Assembly: GCA_964252075.1 (NCBI GenBank)
Contig: CAXULY010000005.1
Span: 32,001-96,000, forward strand
From: an uncultured Deinococcaceae bacterium
GTDB lineage: Bacteria > Deinococcota > Deinococci > Deinococcales > Deinococcaceae
DNA: 64,000 nucleotides
Reading direction: 5' to 3'
Shown here piece by piece: positions 20,605 to 29,204 of the stretch. The position numbers and the translations under genes are program-made. The number at the start of each line of letters is the position of its first letter. The stretch's first letter is position 1. The notes under the pieces were generated by a model that searched no databases, was not told the DNA's origin, and saw only the letters and a program-made list of their open reading frames with translations.

Positions 20605-21807
20605 TCAGGACGCGCCTTCGGTCTTCTGCGGCGCCGGGCGCGGCTCCCAGATGTTGCGGTACACCGGCAGGCGCTCCGCAGCGGCGGGCAGCGCCGGGAA
20701 GGGCGCGTGCGGCTCCGCCTGGTACCAGAAGGCCGTCGAGGAGAGTTCATCCGAGCGGCGGTTCGCGTGCCCGTGCTCGATCGTCACGCGGATGCGCCGG
20801 TGGAAGATCACGGGGTCCTCGATGTGAAAGCGGTACACCGTGACGGGCGACGCCCAGTTCTCCCCACCGCCCGCGATGATGCCGTGGTACGGCGCGTTGT
20901 ACTCCTGGTTCGGGCACCACGCGGTGTTGAAGTAATCCTCGGTGCCGGTGCCGTGCAGGGTGGGCGGCCACTGGTCGTTCGCACCCGGACTGGACTCCGC
21001 GCGGTCCGCGATGACGGGCGCGGGCGCCTCCTGCGCGATCTGCGGCGCGCGCCGCGCGTCCGGCACCTCCACGCCGGGCTCGCCGTCCACCCAGATCATG
21101 TCGTCGCCCTCGCCGTACCAGTCCCAGCTCGCGCCGCGCCGCAGGGAGTACACCGAGAACAGGCAGCCCACGTAATGCCCGTGCCCCTCGGCCTCCAGGA
21201 TGGTGTAGTTGCGCGCGCCGTCGGTGTTCGTGCCGCCGAACAGGAACGCCTCGTCACTTCGCTCGCCCTGCGCCTCACCATCGGGAATGGCGCGGCGCCA
21301 CTGCGCGTGGAAGCGCCCCACGCCGTCCTCCAGGCGCTCGTGCAGTTCGAGGTCCACGTAGTAGTAGAACAGCACCTCGTGCTCGCACTCGCTCTGCAGC
21401 GTGACGCGCATGCCGTCCGCGAAGGGCATGGGGAAGTAGCAGTTAAAGGCCTTGCCGTCCTGCGGGCTGGTCTGCAGGGGCAGGCTCGCGTAGTTCGCCG
21501 CGCGGCCGTGCCCCATCCCGAAGAAATCCCCGAGCGGCACCTCCACGCTGGGGGTGTCCTCGCCGTCCCAATAGGCGCGCAGGGTGAGTTTGCGCAGGTA
21601 GTTGGGGCTCTCGCACGCGACGGTGCACCAGATGTGCGTGATGATGCCCGCGCCCGTGAGTTCCGCGAGCGTGACGGTCTCGCCCGGCTGCACGTGCAGG
21701 CGGTCGTCGTTGCCGCCCGTGCGGTCATAACTGGCGAAGCGTCGGGGGCGGGCGTCACGCAGCTTGATGAGGCCGCGCAGCGGGGAAAGGCCAGCTTGCT
21801 GGGTCAT
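20605..21807 (-). CDS. DUF2961/GH172 glycoside hydrolase (exo-alpha-D-arabinofuranosidase family)
   Basis: SYDRTGGNDD, VPLGDFFG, WYGEGDDM, GTGTEDYF, TIEHGHAN. Confidence 0.88.
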   Translation of the reverse strand: MTQQAGLSPLRGLIKLRDARPRRFASYDRTGGNDDRLHVQPGETVTLAELTGAGIITHIWCTVACESPNYLRKLTLRAYWDGEDTPSVEVPLGDFFGMGHGRAANYASLPLQTSPQDGKAFNCYFPMPFADGMRVTLQSECEHEVLFYYYVDLELHERLEDGVGRFHAQWRRAIPDGEAQGERSDEAFLFGGTNTDGARNYTILEAEGHGHYVGCLFSVYSLRRGASWDWYGEGDDMIWVDGEPGVEVPDARRAPQIAQEAPAPVIADRAESSPGANDQWPPTLHGTGTEDYFNTAWCPNQEYNAPYHGIIAGGGENWASPVTVYRFHIEDPVIFHRRIRVTIEHGHANRRSDELSSTAFWYQAEPHAPFPALPAAAERLPVYRNIWEPRPAPQKTEGAS

Positions 21808-21840
21808 GCAGGTCACTCCAGGGGGGTGGGGGAGAGGCGG

Positions 21841-22938
21841 TCAGCGCGTCAGATCCGCGCGCATCAGGTAGGTGTTGTACGGCCCGTACTGCGACATCAC
21901 GAAGTACACGGTGCGGCCCCCGTCCCGCTGCAGGGCGGCGCTCGTGAACGCGCCGTACAGCTGCGGGTAATCGCGCGCGGTGGCGAGGGTGTGGGGCGCG
22001 CTCCACGGTCCCCAGGGGTTCGGGGCGTCGCGGAGTTCCAGCGCGGCGCTCCGCTCGTTGAAGAAGCTGGAGGTCCAGCGGTTCAGGTAGGCGTTCCAGC
22101 TCAGCGACGCCTCCCCGAAGGGGCCCCTCACGACCACCACCGCGTCGCGCGCGGCCCGGCTCCACAGGGGCGCGCCGCCGCGCGCGTGCCCGGCGTAGTA
22201 CCGCCACGCGGCGGGGTTCGTGAGCTGGTCGGCGGGCGCGCGGGCGAGGCGCGCGTCCCCGAAGCGCCCGCAGGGCGTGCCGAGGATGTACACGAAGCGC
22301 CCGCCCGCGTTGCCGCGCCCCGCGTCCTTGCTGAGCGCCAGCATGTTGAAGGTGCCGCTCCGCTCGCCCACATGCGGGCCTTTCGGCTGCCACGTGCGGC
22401 CCCGGTCGCCGGACACCACGAACTGCGAGAAGTTGCAGGTCCACTCGCCGCCCTTCTGGGCGAAGCCGTGCACGGACATGGTGTGCAGCACCAGCTGACC
22501 GCCCAGCGCGATCAGGGCGGTGGGGATGCGCGTCTGCTCGCCGCGCTCGCCCGTGAAGGCCGGCTGGTGCGCGCCCTCCACCACGGCGGTCGCGCGCCCG
22601 TCCGCACCCGCGTGCCAGCCGGACCAGGTGAGGCCGTCGCTGGGGTCGGCGTCGGTGGTCCAGCCCAGCACGTTCGAGCGCCAGTTCGGGCCGAAGGGCG
22701 CACAGGTGTCCCCGTCGTACCCGAAGGTGTCCCCGAACGCGAGGTACAGGGTGCCGTTCAGGCTCGCGGGAAGGCCGAGGTCCGTGCCGCACACGTCCGC
22801 GCGCTTGGTGCTCGGGCGGGCGTCCGGCCCGGTGAGGGGCGCGACCAGCTGTACCTTCACAGCGCGGATTGCGGACGGCGCGGGGGCGCTCACCGCGCCG
22901 CCCAGCAGCAACCCCGCCAGCGCGAGGGCGCGCCTCAC
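21841..22938 (-). CDS. Secreted DUF4185/GH183 protein (endo-D-arabinanase family)
   Basis: Signal peptide; GTDLG, FGDTFG, WRSN, IPT, PWGPWS; GTG overlaps the permease TGA. Confidence 0.85.
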   Translation of the reverse strand: MRRALALAGLLLGGAVSAPAPSAIRAVKVQLVAPLTGPDARPSTKRADVCGTDLGLPASLNGTLYLAFGDTFGYDGDTCAPFGPNWRSNVLGWTTDADPSDGLTWSGWHAGADGRATAVVEGAHQPAFTGERGEQTRIPTALIALGGQLVLHTMSVHGFAQKGGEWTCNFSQFVVSGDRGRTWQPKGPHVGERSGTFNMLALSKDAGRGNAGGRFVYILGTPCGRFGDARLARAPADQLTNPAAWRYYAGHARGGAPLWSRAARDAVVVVRGPFGEASLSWNAYLNRWTSSFFNERSAALELRDAPNPWGPWSAPHTLATARDYPQLYGAFTSAALQRDGGRTVYFVMSQYGPYNTYLMRADLTR

Positions 22939-23807
22939 TTCAGCCCGGAGAGCTTGATGCCCTCGATGAGGTAGCGCTGCAGGAACAGGTACAGCAGCAG
23001 GCCCGGCAGGGCCGCGACGGTCGCGCCCGCCATGATGAGCTGCCACGCCGTGGAGTGCTCGCCGGAGAACGCCGCGAGCGCCACCTGCGTGACGCGCATG
23101 TCCGGGTTCTGCGTGACGATCAGGGGCCACAGGTATCCGTTCCAGTTCGCGAGGAAGAAGAAGGTCGCGAGCGTCGCGAGGATCGGCTGGCTCATGGGGA
23201 GCGCGATGCGCCAGAAGATCCCGGCGGGCGTCGCGCCGTCCAGCCGCGCGGCCTCCTCCAGCTCCACCGGGAGGCCCAGGTAGAACTGCCGCAGCAGGAA
23301 GATGCCGAAGGCGTTCGGAATGGCAGGAATGATGAGCGCCCAGTACGTGTCCAGCCACCCCAGGGACTTCACGAGGATGAAGGTCGGGATGAGCGTCACG
23401 GAGAAGGGAATCATCATGGTCGCCACGATGCCCAGGAACAGCGCGTCGCGCCCGCGGAACTTCAGGCGCGCCAGGGCGTACGCGGACATCGCGTGAAACA
23501 GCAGCGCCACGAGGGTCACGCTGGTCGCCACGATGAAGGTGTTCAGGATGTAGCGCGCGAAGGGCACCGTCGTGAAGACCTCCGCGTAATTGCTCCACAT
23601 GAAGGTGTGCGGCAGGAAGGTGGGCGGGTACTGCACCACCTCGTCCGGACCCTTCAGCGACCCGAGGATCATCCACGCGAGCGGAATGAGCGTGAGGAGC
23701 GCCACCAGCAGGCACAGGGCGTACACGCCGATGGTGCCGAGCAACCGCCCCACGGAGCGCCCGCGGCGGCGCGGGCGCTCCGTGGGCAGGGGGTAACTGC
23801 GCTGCAC
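22935..23807 (-). CDS. Carbohydrate ABC transporter permease (MalG-like)
   Basis: ELEEAARLDGA EAA motif. Confidence 0.93.
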   Translation of the reverse strand: MQRSYPLPTERPRRRGRSVGRLLGTIGVYALCLLVALLTLIPLAWMILGSLKGPDEVVQYPPTFLPHTFMWSNYAEVFTTVPFARYILNTFIVATSVTLVALLFHAMSAYALARLKFRGRDALFLGIVATMMIPFSVTLIPTFILVKSLGWLDTYWALIIPAIPNAFGIFLLRQFYLGLPVELEEAARLDGATPAGIFWRIALPMSQPILATLATFFFLANWNGYLWPLIVTQNPDMRVTQVALAAFSGEHSTAWQLIMAGATVAALPGLLLYLFLQRYLIEGIKLSGLK

Positions 23808-23808
23808 C

Positions 23809-24714
23809 TTACTCCCCCCGCCGCACGAGCCAGAACTGCGCGAGGCTCACCACGAAGATCACCAGGAACAGGGCGAAGGCAATCGCGCTCGCGTAGCCCA
23901 GGCTGAGGTACTGGAAGGCCTGCTTGTAGATGTAGATCACCGTGACCTGCGTGGCGTCCGCCGGGCCGCCCTTCGTCATCACCCAGATCTGGTCGAACAC
24001 CTGAAAGGACCCGATGAGCGTCACGACCAGCACGAACAGGCTGGTGGGGCGCAAGAGCGGCAGCGTGATGCGCGTGAAGGCGTGCCAGCCGCCCGCGCCG
24101 TCCATGCGGGCCGCCTCGTAGAACTCCCGCGGGATGTCCTGCAGGCCCGCCAGGAAGATCGTCATGTAGTAGCCCATGTTGATCCAGACGCTCACCGTGA
24201 TGATGGCGGGCAGCGCGAGGTTCACGTCGCCCAGCCACGCGCGCGGCGGCAGGTGCACCAGCGACAGCCCGTAATTCAGGAGGCCCACCTGCTCATCGAA
24301 GATGAAGCGCCACATGAGGCCCGTCACCACGAGGCTCAGCACCACCGGCACGAAGAAGATCGTGCGGAACACCCCGATGCCCGGCAGGCGCTGGTTCGCG
24401 AGCACCGCGAGGCCCAAGGACACCACGAACACCAGCGGCACGTAAATCACGGTGTACAGCGCCGTGACGCGCAGCGACGACCAGAACACCGGGTCCGCGA
24501 GCAGGCGCTGGTAGTTCGCGGCGCCCACCCAGGCGGGGCTGCCCAGCGCGTTCCAGTTCGTGAAGCTGATGGCGAGCGCCGCCAGGATGGGCAGCACCAC
24601 GAAAACCGCGAGCCCGATCACGTCCGGGGCGAGGAACAGGGCGGCGGTGAGACGCTCGCGCCCCTCGCGCCGCAGGGGGCGCGCGGTCGGGGGTGACGGG
24701 GCTAGGCGGGTCAT
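23809..24714 (-). CDS. Carbohydrate ABC transporter permease (MalF-like)
   Basis: YEAARMDGA motif; MTKGGP. Confidence 0.93.
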   Translation of the reverse strand: MTRLAPSPPTARPLRREGRERLTAALFLAPDVIGLAVFVVLPILAALAISFTNWNALGSPAWVGAANYQRLLADPVFWSSLRVTALYTVIYVPLVFVVSLGLAVLANQRLPGIGVFRTIFFVPVVLSLVVTGLMWRFIFDEQVGLLNYGLSLVHLPPRAWLGDVNLALPAIITVSVWINMGYYMTIFLAGLQDIPREFYEAARMDGAGGWHAFTRITLPLLRPTSLFVLVVTLIGSFQVFDQIWVMTKGGPADATQVTVIYIYKQAFQYLSLGYASAIAFALFLVIFVVSLAQFWLVRRGE

Positions 24715-24738
24715 GCAGGCTCCTTTGCGGCGGGGGGC

Positions 24739-25983
24739 TTACTTCGGCAGGGTCTTGAGGTACGGCTCCAGCTGCGCCTGCGCCTGATTCGCGGCGGTCT
24801 GGCCGGGCGTGTTGCGGAACATGCTGGCCTGGATGGCGTCACTGATGATCTTCACCATCTCGGCGGGGTAGCGCGGCTCGGCCTTCGCGGTGGGCAGGAT
24901 GGTGTCGCGGAAGTCCCGCAGGAAGGGCTTGTCGTAGTACGCCTTGCCGGCGGCCGTGACGGACTTGCGCGGGCTGAACTTGGAGTTCACCTTGCTGACC
25001 CACTCCAGGGGCCGCTCGGTGCCCTGCGCCCACATCCACGCCGTGAACTTCTTGGCGGCCTCCACGTTCTTGCCCTTGGCGTTCACGACCTGCGTCCAGC
25101 CGCCGTACACCGTGACGGGGTTGCTGCCCGTCGGGGTGGGCAGGTTCGCGACGCCGAAGTTCACCTTCTGCTTCAGTTCCTGCAGCGCCGCGATGGACCA
25201 CATGCCGTCCACGATCATGGCGGCCTTCCCGGTCGCAAAGGGCGTCGCCACGATGTTGTTCGTGCCGTCCGACGCGGTGCGCGGCGAGTACCCCTGCTGG
25301 ATGAGCGTGCGCCAGAAATCCAGGGCCTGCGCGGTGCCCTTGCTGTTGAAGGTCGCCTTGCTGAGCGTGGCGTCCGCGGCGTTCGCGCCCGTCTGCCACA
25401 GGAACGGGTACCACGTGAAGTTCTGGTACGCGCCCGGCGCGGGCTCCACCACGATGGGCGTGATGTTCGCGGCCTTCAGGGTGACGCTGGCCTTCAGCAC
25501 GTCATTCCAGGATTTCGGGACGGGAATCTTGTACTTCGCGAGGATGTCCTTGTTGTAGAAGAGCGCCACGGGCTCCTGCTCAAACGGCATCGCGTAGGGC
25601 TTGCCGTTCACGGTGACGGCCTGCAGCGCGGCGGGCAGCAGGTCCGCGCGCAACTGCGGCGTGAAGATGCTCGTGAGGTCCGCCGCGACGCCGCCGGAGA
25701 CGTACTGCAGGAAGGTGCCGGGCGACGCCCAGAACACGTCCGGGCCGTTGCCGGACGCGAAAGCGGTGGTCAGGACGGGGCCCGTGTAGTCGTTGAAGGG
25801 GAAGAGCTTCAGGACCACCTGCGTGTCGGGGTTTTCCTTGTTCCACTGGTTCACCCAGCCTTGCAGCGCCTTGTTGGGCGTCTCCTCGGCGGTGCCGAAC
25901 TTCCAGAACTGCAGGGTGGTCGCGGCCTGCGCGGACGTGGCGAGCAGCAGACTGGCGGCGAGGGCGAGCGTCATCTTGGTCAT
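24739..25983 (-). CDS. Sugar ABC transporter substrate-binding protein
   Basis: Signal MTKMTLALAASLLLATSAQA; GPDVF, LFYNKDI, FATGKAAM. Confidence 0.92.
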   Translation of the reverse strand: MTKMTLALAASLLLATSAQAATTLQFWKFGTAEETPNKALQGWVNQWNKENPDTQVVLKLFPFNDYTGPVLTTAFASGNGPDVFWASPGTFLQYVSGGVAADLTSIFTPQLRADLLPAALQAVTVNGKPYAMPFEQEPVALFYNKDILAKYKIPVPKSWNDVLKASVTLKAANITPIVVEPAPGAYQNFTWYPFLWQTGANAADATLSKATFNSKGTAQALDFWRTLIQQGYSPRTASDGTNNIVATPFATGKAAMIVDGMWSIAALQELKQKVNFGVANLPTPTGSNPVTVYGGWTQVVNAKGKNVEAAKKFTAWMWAQGTERPLEWVSKVNSKFSPRKSVTAAGKAYYDKPFLRDFRDTILPTAKAEPRYPAEMVKIISDAIQASMFRNTPGQTAANQAQAQLEPYLKTLPK

Positions 25984-26123
25984 GGGCACTCCTGTGCGGG
26001 GGCGGGGTGAGGCGGGCGTCGGTCGTTCGGGCGGGCCGCTGCGGGCGGGTGGGGGGCGGCCGGATCGCTGGGTCATGGGTGGTCCTTTCGCGGTGGCGGT
26101 GCGCCACTGAAACGCACACACTC

Positions 26124-26135
26124 GTAAACGTTTAC
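26124..26135. promoter_or_regulatory. LacI-family operator upstream of the SBP gene
   Basis: Perfect palindrome GTAAACGTTTAC with central CG. Confidence 0.75.
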
Positions 26136-26154
26136 AACCTGGGCGCGTGGCGCC

Positions 26155-27159
26155 TCACGCCCCTCCGGGCGGCCCCGTCGAAGCCCGCACGATCAGGGTG
26201 GTCTTCAGAACATGCACGCTCGACGGCTGGCCCTCCAGCCGCGCGAACAGCTGCTCCGCCGCGAGCGCCCCCATCGCCTCGATGGGCTGCGCCACCACCG
26301 TCAGCGGCGGGTGCATGTACTGCGCCCAGCGCGCGTCATCGAACCCCACCAGCGACAGTTCCTCCGGAATGCGGCGCCTGCCCTTCAGCACCGCGCCCAG
26401 CGCGCCCGCCATCATCTCGTTGTTCGCCACGAACAGCGCGGTGGGCGGTGTGGGCAGCCCGAACAGCCGCTGCGCGGCGCGCAGGCCGGACGCCTCCCGG
26501 AAATCCCCGACCTCCACGTAGCGCCTGGGCAGCTTCACGCCCGCCGCCGCCAGCGCGCGCTCGAAGCCCTCCAGGCGCTCCAGGCCCGTCGTGAGGTGTC
26601 GCGGCCCCGCAATCGTCGCGATGCGCGCGTGCCCCAGCCCGATCAGGTGCTCCGCCGCGAGCTGCGCGCCGTGCCGGTTGTCCACCAGCACCGCCCCGGC
26701 GTTCTGCAGGCCCGACATGCGGTCCAGGTCCACGATCGGCACGCCGCGCGCCTCCAGGTCCTGCAGGGCGGCGGTGTTCTCCCCGGTCGGCACGTGAATG
26801 ATGCCGCTCACCTGATGCGACGCCAGAAAGCGCAGGGCCTCCTCCGCACGCTCCGGGCGCTCGTCGGCGTTGCAGATCAGCACGCCGTACCCGCGCACCT
26901 GCGCGATGTCCTCCACCGCCTTCGTGATGGACGCGTAGAAGGGGTTGCGGATGTCCGACACGATCAGCCCGATGCTGCGCGACCGCCCCTCCCGCAGGGA
27001 CCGCCCGATGGCGTCCGGGCGGTACCCGGTGAGCCGCACGGCCTCCAGCACGCGTTGGCGGGTCGGCTCGGACACGCTCTCCGGGCGGTTCAGCGCGCGC
27101 GACACGGTCGCGATGCTGAGGTTCACCTGACGGGCGACATCATGGATGGTGACGGGCAA
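26155..27159 (-). CDS. LacI-family transcriptional regulator
   Basis: TIHDVARQVNLSIATVSRALN HTH; TTG start with AGGAGG RBS. Confidence 0.95.
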   Translation of the reverse strand: MPVTIHDVARQVNLSIATVSRALNRPESVSEPTRQRVLEAVRLTGYRPDAIGRSLREGRSRSIGLIVSDIRNPFYASITKAVEDIAQVRGYGVLICNADERPERAEEALRFLASHQVSGIIHVPTGENTAALQDLEARGVPIVDLDRMSGLQNAGAVLVDNRHGAQLAAEHLIGLGHARIATIAGPRHLTTGLERLEGFERALAAAGVKLPRRYVEVGDFREASGLRAAQRLFGLPTPPTALFVANNEMMAGALGAVLKGRRRIPEELSLVGFDDARWAQYMHPPLTVVAQPIEAMGALAAEQLFARLEGQPSSVHVLKTTLIVRASTGPPGGA

Positions 27160-27219
27160 CCGGTCCTCCTGGGTACCAGATGGCTCAGGCAGGCCAGCGG
27201 GGCCCTGCCAGCAACGACT

Positions 27220-27267
27220 TGTAAACGATTACAGACGCATCATGGACCTCATGCGTTTCCCTGTCAA
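27220..27267 (-). promoter_or_regulatory. sigma70 promoter and LacI operator of the regulator gene
   Basis: Minus strand TTGACA-17 nt-CATGAT, followed by the operator TGTAATCGTTTACA (27220-27233). Confidence 0.7.
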
Positions 27268-27328
27268 TCCCTCACAGCCGCCCGGCGCGATGCCACGACA
27301 ACCGCCACCGGGAAGGGCCCGCAGCAAC

Positions 27329-27358
27329 AAAAAAAGAAGCCCCCATACCGGGAGCTTC
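27329..27358 (-). terminator. Intrinsic terminator after the displaced tRNA 3' end
   Basis: Hairpin followed by a T-run on the minus strand. Confidence 0.65.
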
Positions 27359-27359
27359 T

Positions 27360-27409
27360 CTGCTGGTCGAGGCGGCGAGATTCGAACTCACGACCCCTAC
27401 CACCCCAAG
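27360..27409. repeat. att direct repeat (3' part of tRNA-Pro)
   Basis: 50 bp identical to 60547-60596. Confidence 0.95.
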
Positions 27410-27524
27410 TTTGGATGAGGCTTCCCGGTTCGTCTCGCGCAACCTTTTTTTCTCGTTCAGGAGATGCTAGAGGGCCAGCCCACTTCACTGACTGTCACTG
27501 AGGATGCCTGATCGTACCTCCGCT

Positions 27525-27546
27525 GTAGCCCACGCGTAGGCCACGA
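27525..27546 (+). repeat. Putative integrase arm-type tandem site, left end
   Basis: gtagcccacgcgtaggccacga, 20/22 identical to 60463-60484. Confidence 0.6.
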
Positions 27547-27649
27547 CGAGCGGTAACGCCGTCCGGGTGCACATCCGTGAACTACACATCGCATGCTGGT
27601 CCGGGATCCACGCGGCTTGGGTGGGCGGAAGGGGAGACTATGCTGTGGC

Positions 27650-28384
27650 ATGACCGACGCGCCACTGGACAACGTCGAGCGCTTTCGCCGGGCGTTTATG
27701 GGCATTGAGGGATGGCTCCGGCAGAAGTACGGCAGCTGGGGTCCCGATTTTCAGAACTTCGTGCAGCTGCTGCGAAAAGCCACGGACAAGCGTCTCAGAG
27801 GACGGATGCAGGACGACCTGATGGCGTACGCGCAGCTTCGCAACTCGCTGTCCCACGACGTTCGGGGGGGCGAGTACATGGCCGTCCCCCAGGATGCGGT
27901 CGTGGTGGAGATCGAACGCATCCACCGACTCCTGACGGCGCCGCCACGAATTGACGGAACGTTCCGCTTTGAGGTGTTGCGGTCATCACCCGACCAGCCG
28001 CTGGCGCCCCTCCTCGAACTGATGGGACACCGCGACATCTCACAGGTGCCCATCTACGAAGTGGATCGCTTCCGGGGCCTCTTGACCAGCCACGCCGTCC
28101 TGCGCTGGTTGGCGGGGCACATCGGCGACGATCTAGTGAGTTTGCAGGACGCCAGGGTGGCAGACGTGCTCCCGTACCTGGATCCAGACGGCGAGCGGTG
28201 CGACTTCGTACCCATAGACTTTCCCCTCCCAGAGGCCGTGCAGCGCTTCAGCGTGGCGGCCGAACACGGTGTCTACTTGTTCGCCCTGCTCATCACGCAG
28301 GCGGGTAAGCCGGATCAGAGGCCGGTGGGCATCATGGCGGTCTCGGACGTCCCTGAAGCGCTGCGGGTGATCGACGCGACGTGA
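27650..28384 (+). CDS. HEPN-like N-terminal domain plus CBS pair
   Basis: LRNSLSH (RxxxxH); ISQVPIY...GLLT and GIM..SD CBS motifs. Confidence 0.7.
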   Translation: MTDAPLDNVERFRRAFMGIEGWLRQKYGSWGPDFQNFVQLLRKATDKRLRGRMQDDLMAYAQLRNSLSHDVRGGEYMAVPQDAVVVEIERIHRLLTAPPRIDGTFRFEVLRSSPDQPLAPLLELMGHRDISQVPIYEVDRFRGLLTSHAVLRWLAGHIGDDLVSLQDARVADVLPYLDPDGERCDFVPIDFPLPEAVQRFSVAAEHGVYLFALLITQAGKPDQRPVGIMAVSDVPEALRVIDAT

Positions 28385-28478
28385 CAGGTTCGATTACCCG
28401 CCATCCCTTTCAGCTGGCGCGGCTGCCACCAGGCGACACAAAAATGTGCGTCTGATGGAATCCATTCTCTAGGATGGC

Positions 28479-29204
28479 GTGGTGTCGTTGCCCAGCGCCG
28501 ATTCCTCCGTTTCCCCCACGCACACCTCTTGGCCGACCGTCGCCCTCCTGCTTGGGTTCGGCCTGACCTTGGGCCTCCTGATCATCCTGGGCCGAAGCCA
28601 CGACCTCGGTTCAGAGCGGGTCGTCGCTTATCCCGCTGCCGACCCTTCCGCCGTCCAGGCGGTGCGGGTCGAAGGCACCATCGAAACGGTCCGACACCAA
28701 GGCAACGGCATGTGGAGCTTCGACCTGAAGACGGATCAAGCACAGCTGACTGTCTCGGCCTTTCCCTCGATCGGTCTGCTGCGCACCGTGCCCCACATCG
28801 GCGAGCGGATCGAGGCGGTCGGCCTGCTGGGCGAATACCGGGGCGTCCCCCAGGTCACCCTACTGTCGCGAGACGCCCTGAGGGTGACAGGTCCGGGCAT
28901 CCAGGATGCACTGGGCAGCCTAATGGGCGTGGAGGTCCACCTCGGCCAGCGCGTCCATCTGCGCGGCCTGCACGTGATCGCCGCGAACTTGCGGCGCACC
29001 CGGTCGGGCGACCCGTTGCTGAGCTACCGGGTGGAGTCGGCAGACGGCGCCTGGGCAGACGGCGTGTTCTTTGCCGAGGCGATCACGGACGACCTCCTGC
29101 CGCGCCTCGAACGCGCCCGTGAGGGCTACGGACTGGAGCTGTGGGCGAAGGTGACGCAGTTCCGAGATCAGACCTCGCTGGTGGGCGAGCAGGTGGCCCC
29201 GTGA
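28479..29204 (+). CDS. Membrane-anchored protein with two OB-fold-like domains
   Basis: N-terminal TM; VRVEG.I, GERIEAVG.LGEYRG.PQV; C-terminal KVTQFRDQTSLV; start uncertain. Confidence 0.6.
   Translation: MVSLPSADSSVSPTHTSWPTVALLLGFGLTLGLLIILGRSHDLGSERVVAYPAADPSAVQAVRVEGTIETVRHQGNGMWSFDLKTDQAQLTVSAFPSIGLLRTVPHIGERIEAVGLLGEYRGVPQVTLLSRDALRVTGPGIQDALGSLMGVEVHLGQRVHLRGLHVIAANLRRTRSGDPLLSYRVESADGAWADGVFFAEAITDDLLPRLERAREGYGLELWAKVTQFRDQTSLVGEQVAP

Noticed and set aside
15951..22974. 1630-aa and 935-aa plus-strand ORFs
   Set aside because: Arg/Ala-rich shadows of real genes in high-GC DNA, with no recognisable motifs
27364..27409. Second tRNA-Pro gene
   Set aside because: Only the 3' 46 nt are present; this is the att duplication
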